DNA of 64,000 bases from Botryllus schlosseri (GCA_051294905.1 CM119373.1:932001-996000); one strand, 5' to 3'; positions 51,005-63,269 are shown, numbered from the stretch's first letter. The notes: a model not told the origin generated them from the letters alone. Made by a program: numbers and translations.

Positions 51005-52448
51005 AGATTACCAGAGAACCCGGCCCTTGGAGAACCCGGCCCTACCAACTCGGCCCTCGGAGAACACGGCCCTTGGAGAACCCGGCCCTCGGGAAATTTT
51101 GTATATCAAGCACGCGTGGTCTACTTGTTGTGGTATTCACGGTGTTTTTCGACTACTCTGGACCTCGGAGAATGCGGCCCTCGAACAATTTTGAATTAAA
51201 AATGCATTAAATGTGAAGCCGGCCCTCATGAAATATTGTATTCACCGGCAACCCTAATATCCCACCTCCGGCAACCCTAATATCCCACCTCTACCAACCC
51301 TAATATCCCACCCCCGGCAACCCTAATATCCTAACCCTAATATCCTACCCCAACCCTAATATCCCCCCTCCCCAACCCTAATATCCCACCCCCGGCAACC
51401 CTAACCCTAATATCCTACCCCAACCCTAATATCCCCCCTCCCCCAACCCTAATATCCCACCTCCGGCAACCCAAATATCCCAACCCTAACCCTAATATCC
51501 TACCCCAACCCTAATATCCCCCCTCCCCCAACCCTAATATCCCACGTCCGGCAACCCTAATATCCCACCCCGGCAACCCTAATATCCCACCTCCACGAAC
51601 CCTAATATCCCACCCCCGGCAACCCTAATATCCCACCTCCACGAACCCTAATATCCCAGCCCCGGCAACCCTTATATCCCACCCCCGGCAACCCTAATAT
51701 CCTAACCCAACCCTAATATCCCCCCTCCCCCAACCCTAATATCCCACCCCCGGCAACCCTAATATCCCACCCCCGGCAACCCTAATATCCCACCCCCGGC
51801 AACCCTAATATCCCACCCCCGGCAACCCTAATATCCCACCCCGCCAACCCTAATATCCCACCCCCGGCAACCCTAATATCCCACCCCCGGCAACCCTAAT
51901 ATCCCACCCCCGGCAACCCTAATATCCCACCCCCGGCAACCCTAATATCCCACCCCGGCAACCCTAATATCCCACCTCCGGCAACCCTAATATCCCACCC
52001 CGGCAACCCTAATATCCCACCCCGGCAACCCTAATATCCTAACCCTAACCCTAATATCCTACCCCAACCCTAATATCCCCCCTCCCCCAACCCTAATATC
52101 CCACCTCCGGCAACCCTAATATCCCGCCCCCGGCAACCCTAATATCCCACCCCCGGCAACCCTAATATCCCACCCCGGCAACCCTAATATCCCACCTCCG
52201 GCAACCCTAATATCCACCCCGGCAACCCTAATATCCCACCTCCGGCAGCCCTAATACCTCACCCCCGGCAACCCTAATATCCAAATCACACGTCTGCTTC
52301 TCGCCAAGTCAATTCAATAATGAGCCGACCACGCGTGTTGATAATAACATTATTACTTTATTAATTCATATTAATACTCGTGAATACACTTTTCCCGAGG
52401 AATTTTCCGAGGGCCGGGTTCTCCAAGGGCCGGGTTCTCCGGCAACCG
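51005..52448. mobile_element. 6-bp-TSD element (CGGTTGCC-type ends) carrying a minisatellite
   Basis: TSD TTTAGC at 50999-51004 and 52449-52454; inverted GAGAACCCGGCCCT subterminal repeats; right end CCGGCAACCG. Confidence 0.8.
51245..52282. repeat. ~23-bp minisatellite CCGGCAACCCTAATATCCCACCC with CCCTAA variants
   Basis: About 1 kb of tandem units with higher-order variant blocks (CCTAACCCTAATATCCTACCCC). Confidence 0.95.
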
Positions 52449-52607
52449 TTTAGCATGGATAAAACATGGATTAACTCACTACCTGTCATACTTACAGAAA
52501 GTCTAAATATCGTTTGAAAGGTAACCCATAAGTTCACTTGCAAGCATAATGAACATATCAAATTAATAAGATTACTCTCTGAGCATGGCAACAAGTATCT
52601 ACTCGAC

Positions 52608-53423
52608 TAGGGTTACCATATTTTTGTAATCCAAATTCCGGACGCTTTTTAGCGCCCACTAGCGGATTTCAGAATGTGGTATGAGCACATTGTGGATAAT
52701 ATGACGTCACACCAGCAAAGATTTGTCTATTGACTAGAGGTGGTCACGATCCGGTTCAGGAGTATGTTGTTCTGTGTTGTAGGTTGTAACCAGGGCCGAA
52801 GCCACATTTTCAGCCTCCTCCCGCCCAAATTATCACTGATCTTGAGCCCATCATAATCGATGCAACTTCTGGGGCTTTTACTATATGCATCTGGACGTTA
52901 AATGATTTGAATGATTTATGTCAATAATATTGGTTCTTCCATATATTACTATATAATTTTATCCTCTCTACGACCACATGGTCAGAGTTAACGGCAGAGC
53001 AGGTGGAGGATGATGACTTCGAAAATGCAAGGAGCGTCATTGTACATCGTTAACTCATGTCCAAACGGCCTAAACCGACTCTATGATCATATCGTTATCT
53101 TGTAATTGCGATAACAATTAGACTCATTTCTGTAACTGAAAGTTATTTTTATTTATTTTTGATCGCAGTTTTGCGAGGGTGGTAGTCGTAGTCCCCAAAT
53201 TAAAAGCAATATACATGTTACTAAATCGCGCCCAGCGCGAAGAGAAATTTCATGTAGCGTAAATCTGCCCAAAAATAATATTGTTTATGTTGATTTAGGA
53301 AAAATTATGAGCTTACTTCAAAATTCCGGACATTTAGGCATATTTTAGAAATTCCTCCCGGACGCAGTTTTTACAGTGAAATTCCGGACATGTCCGGGAA
53401 ATTCCGGACGTATGGCAACCCTA
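52608..53423. mobile_element. hAT-type MITE (TAGGGTTACCAT family)
   Basis: TAGGGTTACCATA..TATGGCAACCCTA; TSD TACTCGAC/TACTAGAC; TTCCGGAC subterminal repeats. Confidence 0.8.
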
Positions 53424-55852
53424 TACTAGACGCAAAATCAGATAGTTAGAATTTTACTTTTAATATTTATGAGAAATTGTGCTATTTTTCACTGAGTACC
53501 AAATCATATTTTACACTATGCTGTGGTCAAATATCAATATTACAACCAAGTTTATTGTATTCTAATTGGCAACAGCTTTCATATGACACCTTGTTCGTGA
53601 ATTTTGGTTTAAATAGAATTGCGCCAGATAAGTTTGAGAATAACGTTACGCATCACTGATTTCAACATATGGCAATTTTAAAACCAGGATTTGACCCTTG
53701 ACCCTATATTGTGAAGCAGGCAAATTCCTAGTAAGTAAAGACCATGCACCGACAATCATTGTTAAACAGCATGCAAACCAATACCTTGCAATACTAATGA
53801 TCTGTTGCAGTTACAATCATACACAGATTTTGAGCAGTAAAATTTCACGGTTGAGTAAGCACAAAACCATCATTTTTTGAAGTGTAATAACTTTAAGACC
53901 GTTCAACGAAAATTTCTGAAATCAATTTCATTTTACTCAGCACTAGTTACTCTAGTTGCACAAGATTTTACAGAAAATTCTAAAGAGGGTGTGGAGACGG
54001 ATTTAAAAAATATTTGCATCTTGAGAGGGAATTACTATAGTCGCCGACACTTCGTCGTGCCCGCAATCTGAAGCGTCCCCTTGCGAGTGCTCGAGACATG
54101 AGACGAAAGGCGGTTGCCGCGCCAGTAGCAATTGTGGTAATTCGCTGGATTCCATCGCAATGAGAATTTCCGACCTGCAGCGAATGCGATGAGGATGCTG
54201 CGATTTCATTTCTCTCGTGTATCGGCCGACCGCTGGCTATTGTTGTGACGGCCTTACGTATATGCTAATACGTGAAATCAACTAGTCCATGATGTCTGAG
54301 ATAGTTGCGCAATGCCGTGGCCAAAACATCGCGTAGCGCCGGGGCATCTGCTGGTTCAAGTTGTGGGTTGTGTAGCTGGCATATCTGCAATAAGTATGTT
54401 AGAAAATTAGTCTGATCCGTCAGACCGTCACTGCTGCTGTTGCGTCGTCGTCTCCCTTAACAAAAAAATAGATGAAGCGAAACAAAAAAATAGATGAAGC
54501 GAATGGAAAGAGCGACGACGTGGTCACTTTCTAACATCACATCTTTTGAACTATCCAGTCGACAAAGGATATAGCACTTTCGGCATCGTTGTCAGCAATC
54601 GTGGTACCGCGAAATTTCAAGTATGCCGCAGCTTTTTTGGACACATAATGTCCCGAAGCCCGTCATTTCCGTTTCTTCCGTTTTTGCATGGGAACCTTTA
54701 TGGAAAACTGTATCACAATATATTTCACAAGACTTTGTGATATTTTAGAATAAATTTATCCAATGCGCATTGTCAAAGTAAAAAATTTTTAATTGGAAAA
54801 ACTGTTCCTCAATCATCTCTTGGGTTCAATAGTTTTTGCATATAGACAGTATTCTCTTCATTACTTATTGCATTTCAAGATTATTGTAGAATTTGGAATT
54901 GGGAAGAATAGACCGATTTTTTCATTTACGTGAGGCAATAGATCCCCAAGCAACAGGCGGACGTTGCAGCAAGTTTTGGAAAGATTGTCAACATCAATTT
55001 TCCATAAAACTGTCGAAGTATTCTCCCCAGGAAATTCTTAACAGTTGCCGTTTTTGTATGATTCGATGTCCCTGAATTCGTAGATCATTTTTATCATATC
55101 GTAAATAGAAAGGCGACTTGACTTTTCCTGTCCAGCGACGCAACATTCGAGAAAAAATGTACAGTCTTCTTCAGACGCCAAGCAGCCTGATCCGTCAATA
55201 CTTTTGAGTTCTTGCAGATGTCGATAGCACGATACCACTTCTGGAGTATTTTGTCTTTGAAGGAAGACAATGCATAAATTAAGTATTATTATTATTACGC
55301 AATTGCCTCTTGTAATGATTATCGCACAGCCGAAACGCAGCTTTCATACAATGACTTGAACAATTCAAAACAAAACTGTGATCAAGACAATTATCAGGTA
55401 TTACGGATGTAACAATATCCAACGAATTGAACATTGCAGGATGCACAGTGATCAAAGTAATGCTACCTTGGACAACAGTGAAAGAAACTTCATCAAATTG
55501 TTGGAAGTGGCTTCTCGGTGATGACTGTTGCGGGAGATAACGAGCATGCAACAGCGTCCGATGTGGTGATAACATTTGAGAGGTAAGCTGATTATATAGC
55601 CACCAATGAGATTACGCCACGTGTCCAGCCACGCCCAATTTCAAATTTAAATATTCCCGCGTGTTTTTTTTCAAATTCTTTATTTTTGCTGTCTCGAATT
55701 TCAATGGATTATGAGAACGAATCCTCGCCGAGAATTGAACAGAGGACCTCACGACTCAGATATGAAAACGCGCCTTCTCCCGGAATCGAACCGAGAACTG
55801 TCTTCCACTATATTGCTCGCTGAAAATATGCGTATGTATTGAAGCTTTTAAC

Positions 55853-55920
55853 GTTCCCTGACTCGAACCGAGGACCCTTTGACTTGTAGAACATCACCGT
55901 AACCATTACACTATCGCGCT
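55853..55920 (-). pseudogene. Degenerate tRNA-like sequence (most similar to tRNA-Val TAC) or SINE head
   Basis: Minus strand ATAGTGTAATGGTTA..CTACAA..GGTCCTCGGTTCGAGTC..GGAAC has A-box and B-box motifs at tRNA spacing; the stems pair poorly. Confidence 0.5.
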
Positions 55921-56000
55921 CGCTACCAATCCCTGTCCGTATTGAAGCTTTTAAAAGGTTGTCTAATAAGGCACAAGCATTGAAAACACATTTGTTATTG

Positions 56001-56674
56001 TCACCATATATTTTCCGGGATATCCACATGATAGTGCTCCCTATAAAGTTCCTCATCGGAGGCGCTAAATAGCTCCGACGTAATGTCTGGCCTTAAGAAG
56101 ACCTCGAGGGCGCCGACTTGATTGTACTCGACTGGGCTAATTTCCGCAGTCCTTCCAGACGATCTGCGCGATGCATAATCCTCCATAAAGGGTTCCAGTG
56201 ATGCATCATCCGATTGAGGTTCTGTTTTTATCCTCACAGCAGAAAAATCCGCTACGCCGGCGCTCGACTCCTCAGCTTCAGCCCTCTCAACCTTCATTCC
56301 GTTATCTTCGCGAATGATAACCGGAACCTCACTCGCGTCCTCCTCCATTTGCTGGTTCGCACTTGCCTCGGCAGTCCCATCTTCGCGAGTTTCTGTTATC
56401 CCCCGCTCGAGCATAGTGGCTCGACATCTTAAAATTGCGTCTTTGTGACGTCTGTATCTCTGCTTCATGAACTCACGATCATTAGCTCTATCTTTTTTGT
56501 TCAAACGGTAGGGGCTTATAATCTTGTCTGGACACAGTCCCACATGCCCGGCGTATCCAGCATACCGTCGTCATATTTGCAGAGCATCTCCGCAAGACGG
56601 TCATTGCTAAAATCTTTCCGAACCTTTCTGGCGGCACCGGCTTTCTTCCTTGTCTTTTGCCGTCTGTTCTCCAT
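56001..56674 (-). pseudogene. Orphan ORF, probably one gene with a frameshift (basic N-terminus, acidic C-terminal half)
   Basis: The ATG at 56674 (MENRRQKTRKK.., stop at 56516) overlaps the 180-aa ORF 56543-56001. No family recognised. Confidence 0.4.
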
Positions 56675-58003
56675 ATTATTCTTTAATTACGAATCCTGTA
56701 ATAGAGATGATTATTACGATTTAGAATTCTTAACTCTAACAGCTCCGAGTTCTCGATGCAACTTCTCAGGGCGGAATGGATATTAATATAAAATATATCT
56801 CGTTTTAAAAGATACGAAGCGATTTACACCTACTGATGCATGAACATTTGCAACATCGTATCAGCGGCGTCCCCTTTCAATGTGCATGCTCGTTACATAG
56901 GGGAGAGAGTATCCATACGGTAATTATTCTGCCCCGCTATATACCTATAATTATATCTTCGCCGATTCGAAGCGCACATTTGATTTTGTAATTATTAAAA
57001 TTACGAATATTACAAAATCCGAATTGCTCATAAGCTTTGGAACCGTTTAAGTTATAAACACTTAAGTGTTTTATAAGTTCTATAGTACTCAATATAGAAC
57101 TATAGAACTTATAAAACACTTGAGTACTATAGAACTATCTCATTAACCAGATTCCTACGGAGCGATCAAAATCACCAATTGAATATGCCTGCATACGTTT
57201 AAATTAATTAGTACCCGACGGCGCGATATAAATATATAATCATGCTTCATCTCGAATAGAAACGTACGCTCATTATCTCCAGACGCGCTAAATACTGCGG
57301 CTCAATTAGCGTTATCAATTAAGACCTTTTACATTTATTCCACTTTGACCGTATACCTCATGTACCTAACGAATCATTCTATCTACTGCGAAAAATACTG
57401 TGACGTCACTTATTAATCACACCTCATTCATAATATATCTCAGTCGATTGGCCAATGCTAGTATCCTGTTTGCCCCGCAAATAGAATAAAAATATCCGCA
57501 CAATCTCGAAACACGAGACCTTAAAAACTACGAAAACGGATGCCAGCCTCCCACACGCAGCACGTTAAGTTTGCGATCATCCTCAGAACTAACGATGTGA
57601 AAACACGAAGAAAAATCATTTATCCCAAGCCCCGGTGCGGACAAGTCATCGCTTCCGACACGCACACTCTAGCATCCCTATAAGTAGGCGTATGATAATG
57701 ACGCAGGTCCCAGGTGTAGGGGCCGTAGACTCGTTACCGCGCTGCAGACGTGCCCGTTAATCATGCAGTTTCCCACAGATGCCAACACTGCCGAGAGGCG
57801 TTCACGATTTTGACCTTTACGATCCGCGTATCTCAGCCCCGGCGTAGGGTGACACTTAATCCTGAGACTGTGTTGAGATCATCAGGCCGACAGTCCCCGA
57901 CACCGAAAATTTTTCACGAGGATAATGCCTCAGTTATTCAAGTAACGCAGCGAACTTCGATAAGAACTTCATGGCTCCTGTAAGGCTGGGGGCCGATGTT
58001 CAT

Positions 58004-58616
58004 TAGGGCTGTTCAAAAATAACTTTTTTTTCCCGATTCAAGCCGGTCACCTCTTAAATCGTCAGGTTGCAGTAGAAAACCTTGCTCACCAAATTTCACT
58101 CGATTCCAACCAGTAACGGCCTCCGCAGACCCAATTAAATTTTTTAATTTATTATGGAAAATTAAAAAAAAAAATTTCCAAATTTTTCTGCCAACCCCAT
58201 GAAATTGTTAAGCTGTCTTCAAAGACGTTGCAAAACAAATTTGAGTCAATTCCGACCAGTAGAAGTGGAGTTATGTAAGTTTTTCGTTGATAAATCGCGG
58301 ATTATCACCGATCAAGGATAATCCGAGGATTATCATCGAAAAACTCACATAACGCCGCTTCTACTGGTCGGAATTGACTCAATTTTGTTTTGCAACGTCT
58401 TTGAAGACAGCTTAACAATTTCATGGGGTTGGCAGAAAAATTTGGAAATTTTTTTTTTCAATTTTCCATAATAAATTAAATTTAATTGGGTCTGCGGAGG
58501 CCGTTACTGGTTGGAATCGAGTGAAATTTGGTGAGCAAGGTTTTCTACTGCAACCTGACGATTTAAGAGGTGACCGGCTTGAATCGGAAAAAAAACGTTA
58601 TTTTTGAACAGCCCTA
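58004..58616. mobile_element. 613-bp fold-back hAT-type MITE
   Basis: Arms of ~285 bp are near-perfect reverse complements; ends TAGGGCTGTTCAAAAATAAC; perfect TSD ATGTTCAT. Confidence 0.92.
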
Positions 58617-58620
58617 ATGT

Positions 58621-58787
58621 TCATCCTGTATGAGTTCTCTTATGCAACTGCATAGATCCTTTATGTCTAAATCGGGCCCCGCAGATCACTTGAATGGCTT
58701 TTCACCTGTATGAGTTGTCCTATGCGACCGCATATGAACTCGTTGTCTAAATCGTTTCCCACAGATATCGCACTTGAATGGCTTTTC
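58621..58787 (-). pseudogene. Two Kruppel-type C2H2 zinc fingers (second one disrupted)
   Basis: [33 protein letters not shown], a small deletion, then ICGARFRHKGSMQLHKRTHTG-stop. Confidence 0.8.
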
Positions 58788-58945
58788 ACATTATAGCCCA
58801 TTATCTCCAGACGCGCTAAATACTGCGGCTCAATTAGCCTAGCCATAATAACCTACCGCTATTTGTCAATTAAATATTTCTACGGGCGCATTTCTGCTAC
58901 GCGGAGGCTCGAGTAGGTACGGTTTTCAGTTACCCATTACGGAGG

Positions 58946-61750
58946 TTAGCAGAGTAGCACGAGTGCCGTCACTGATTCTCGTAACCACCTGTCCATGTTA
59001 GGGAAAACGTAATGCCGTTTAGCCAATGCCAACGTCGCGCGCATTCCGGGGTGCGAAAGAGAATGTACATGTTCAAACAATTCACGCCTCATATGACGTG
59101 GGACCCACGCTCGTGGAATTACAGACGACTGCTGTGATTTAACGCCGATATCTGGGACGTGACAAATCACGCCCATCTCAAACCCAACCAACTTCAACTC
59201 TCTTAACTTCAAACCAGTCTCACTCAAGTACGCTCACGAAATTCTGTCAATTCCTTGTCCTCCTGTTGTGCCGCTGCAATACGCTTGATAAAATCAGGCT
59301 TCAAACCCTCTGGTACGACAAATTCATTAATCTCAACACGGGACAAGCAATCAGAAACGGAGTTGAAAATACCGCGGATACACGTAGTTTAGTTCACAAA
59401 GTAATTAATGTACTCAAGGTACCGAAACATGGCTGGGTCAGCACATTCCTTCGGATTGATAATCATCTTAGCCAACACCTGACCGTCCGTGACAAGGCTC
59501 ACTGACCTGCCCATGCAAAAATCTCGAAAATGCTGCAGAGCCATGTATACAGCGTACGTCTCTCTCTTCACAGCTGACCATTTTCGCTGAGACTCATTTA
59601 AACTCTTGCTGAAGAAAGCCAGAGGTACATATCTCCCATTTTGGTACTCATTGATTACTGCGCCCAACGCAACTTGACTTGCATGTGTGACAAGCTGTAT
59701 AGGTCCTTTGAACTTCGGAAAAGCCAATTTTGCTGCATCTATCAAAGCTGATTTGATCTGCTCAAATGCATTCTGCGCCACACTGGACCATTTGAGCTTA
59801 CTCCGAGCATTTGTTCCTTTCAATAAATCATAGAGCGGCTGCATAATAGACGAGCAATTCTTGATACTTCTCGAATAATAGTTGATCATGCCGATCATCC
59901 TTCTCACCTCACGAATAGTCTTTGGCACTGGAAATTTCACAATCGCCTCAACTCGTCTGGGATCTGGCCTGATGCCATCTTTGTCAATTAAAAACCCCAA
60001 AAATCGAACTGACTCTGCTCCGAACTTACACTTCTCAATAGACAACGAAAGGGACTCACTCTTCAATTTCTCAAAAATTACCCGCAACGTCTCCAAATGA
60101 GACTTCGTCAGGCGTCGCTACCACAATATCATCACGATACAGAAAAGTATTAGGAATATCCCCAAGCAACTCGTAAGCCAATTTACACCATTGATCTCCA
60201 CTGGACCGAAAACCGAACGCACACACATTGTACTGAAATTTACCGATTTCCTTCACATAAAACGCTGTCAAATGGCGGTCTGATTCCGCCACCTCAATGT
60301 TGTGGTACGCGCTTGCTATGTCAAGAGTGGAAAATACTTTGGCCCCTGCCATTTGTGTACGCATCGACGCAATATTCGGTAATGGATAACACTGAGGAGC
60401 CACATGCGAATTAAAGTAACGATAATCGATGCAGAACCGCACACCGGGAGGTTTGCCCTCAACGTGACTCTGTTTTGGAACACAAACGATTGGAGAGCAA
60501 AAATCCGAATCCGATTTTGAAATTACACCGCGCTCCAACATATCTTTAATTTGTCGCCGAACTTCTAACAAATACTGGGGTGGGATCGAACGTGGCTTCG
60601 GAGATCTTAGATAACCGAACGTTTTTATTCGCATGGCATGTTTCATTTCGCGCCGTTTAACAGGTTGCCGGACCAAGATCTCCGGAAACTCTTTGAGTAA
60701 CTCAGCGTATGGCGTGCGTTCATTCGCGTCGATATGCGCGATAAGAGACGAAAATTTGTTTTGAGACAATTTTATTACAGTACTGCGGTCACGAGTCGCG
60801 AGTTCATCCAATTCTGGATCTAAAAGCAATTTATGTTTTTTCATGAAATTCCAACCCAATATTGGCTTCGACACTTCGGTTATTACAAAAGGACACTCAA
60901 GTGGCTCATTATTACCGAACTGCAACTTCATACCGAACTGCAACTTCAAAGTTTTAGTGCCATACGCATTAATCACAGAACCATTTGCTCCCCGAAATTG
61001 CCATTTCGGCGTATAGTGCCGAATCACATGTTCACTCGCTGGTAAATTAGAAATCATGGAACCACTGTCACTCAAGAAATTCAAACCATTTAATTTATCA
61101 AACGCATAAGCCAGATACTCAAAATCAAAAGAATTAATACTTGGACCACTTGGATAGAAACCACTGCCATATAGTCATGAACTACGATCAAAACATTTAC
61201 GTTCACGATAGGCTGAAAAGCTCCGATCACCATATCGGTGATGATTCTGGCATACCCATTCAGTATTACTGCCACCTCGGGTACCGACGTTGCCGCCCCG
61301 ATAACATCGCGTACCTCCGCGGTTTGACTCAGCCCCATTCTGCGTCATGGGAGAATGGTTCAAAGAGTCATTGCAATCATCACTTGGTTGCACTTGAACG
61401 CCAGCCATTTTCAATTCCGCCATTTGGTTCTCCATCCTAGCAAGTTGCTTACTTATCGACTCGATAAACTTCGTATCTTCCTCAGCTCTAGCCACGCGCA
61501 AATTTCCCTGTTTTTCCACACTTACTTCATTAGTTTGAATTGAGTTATTACCGGGATTCGACCCCCCATACAGCTCAACCGCGCGCTGACACATAGTATC
61601 AAAATCATCTCTATAATGTCCACGTAATGCGAAAGCGATGTCGGGCATGCAGTACTGCAAGAACACGTGACGCTTGAATCCCGCGATATACGGTGAATTA
61701 TCGGCACCCGCACACTCATTAATCCGCGATCGCAACCTTCTGGAGTCAAT
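58946..61750 (-). mobile_element. Gypsy/Ty3 LTR retrotransposon internal remnant (gag, PR, RT, RNase H, integrase zinc-binding part)
   Basis: Gag with WVCQNHHRYGDRSFS; PR FLSDSGS..PILGWNF; RT SPIVCVPK..RFCIDYR..TLDIASAYHNI..LYRDDIVV; RNase H VTHASQ..GAV..AFFSKSL..RETYAV; IN H..SHPG..T. Frameshifted; integrase core and LTRs not found. Confidence 0.92.
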
Positions 61751-62033
61751 TATACAACTACAAACATTCGCTCTGCGTTATATGGTTGCAATTCTTCGTC
61801 TCTTCTGAGTAGGCGCTTTTCGTTTGTCAATTCTTCTTGCGAGAACGTCGCGATGACTCTTGATGTATGTCCTCGTCACTGATTGCTGATTGATCCTTCT
61901 CACCGTCGTGCAAGGCGAATTTTAATCTTGATTGTCTTCGGCCGGTCGGTCTTGATTAATTGAACGTCGGAAGGTCAACCATATAACGCAGAGCGAATGT
62001 TTGTAGTTGTATAATTGACTCCAGAAGGTTGCG
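61731..62033. repeat. Perfect 58-bp inverted repeat with a 187-bp spacer
   Basis: 61731-61788 is the exact reverse complement of 61976-62033. Confidence 0.9.
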
Positions 62034-62147
62034 TTTACAATTCGCTGCGTGTTTCTTCCTTTGACGGACCGGCATAACCGCGCCGTACGGCCTTGTTGGC
62101 TGACGTACCACGACCTGTCTATTGCACACGTATTCGATGGATCACAC

Positions 62148-63269
62148 CAGTGTTGCCACTCTACGTTTCCGGAAAAACACAAGATTGTGTCGTAAAAAAA
62201 CACTAGATCGGCGACTAGATTACTAAATTGCAGGAAAAATTTGCCGTTTTCAAGTAACCATGATGATCAAGGTACAAATCCATAGATAAGAAGTGTTCCA
62301 CACATGAATTCGATACATATGTATGATATACTGCATGATCATTCAACGAAAATTAATGAAACGAATTGATATACTGCAAGATTCATCAACGTAAATTATT
62401 GAAACGAATTCAACACAAGAAAAAATCAAATATTGTCGCTTTCGAATTGTACGGCATCATTAATATTATTTATCTTTCGATGGTACACCATCGATCAAAG
62501 AAAGTATATTTTGTGTGGCATATCGTTCTCACTACCGTACATCTTCAACCAAACAATGGGGAGGTGTCCATGTGCAGCATACTTCATTTCCATGCATGCA
62601 CAGGCATGTGACAATGCCAAGAGATTCGTCATGAGCTTCCCCAGTAAAGGGAATTTTGATTCACCGAATCCATTGTGCACATATTTCAATCCAGCCAAAA
62701 TTATGTTGGATGGCATTGACTGATAACCTGCAGCTCATTTTGCGAATTTGCCAAAGCAGACCATTCTTCTGACAAATCATTAAATTCAACAAATAATATC
62801 ACAGAGGGAAATTGCACAGCTAGAAGAACGATTGATTCTATTTCTCTTTGTGTTGACAAGGCTGTTAACGGATTCAATACACTCAAGTCGGCAAATGAAA
62901 ATCTTTCCCGAATCTGCAGAGTGAGTTCAACAAGAAACGACAAAGGATTTCACCGAAATCGCTTTTCATTTTTTCCGGTACATTCGCTTATAATTACGGA
63001 TTCACAGCGCACCCTATTACGTAATGATTGCTTCTAACTGCACCACCACAAGGAATTGTTGAAAACAAACACAGCCAGAGACACCAAATCGCCCTATTAG
63101 CGATAAATTTAACGTATGATTTAGTTGGTATGTTCTTAGAATATTCCTTCTTCGCACGATTGCAGAAAAACACTAGATTAGCAAAATTGTGCGACAAAAA
63201 ACACTAGAACACTAGGACGACCGAAAAAACACTAGATCTAGTGTTAAAACACTAGGAGTGGCGCCACTG
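62148..63269 (-). mobile_element. hAT deletion derivative with transposase C-terminal remnant
   Basis: CAGTGTTGCCACTC..GAGTGGCGCCACTG; perfect TSD GATCACAC; AACACTAG subterminal repeats; QIRERF..QFP..EEW..KFPLLGKLMTNLLALSHA.A (hATC-like). Confidence 0.85.

Larger units (their letters stand above)
47160..54037 (-). mobile_element. Sola2-like DNA transposon (~6.9 kb including nested insertions)
   Basis: Left end GAGTAATTCCCTCTCAACATGCAAA is inverted at 54013-54036 (1 mismatch); CCGTCTCCAC and a further ~150 bp of degenerate TIR follow. TSD not clean. Confidence 0.75.

Noticed and set aside
51245..52282. CRISPR-like array or true telomere
   Set aside because: Units are contiguous with no unique spacers and no cas genes; the array is internal, not pure TTAGGG, and is bounded by TIRs and a TSD.
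55853..55920. Functional tRNA-Val gene
   Set aside because: Acceptor and anticodon stems do not pair adequately; kept only as tRNA-like.
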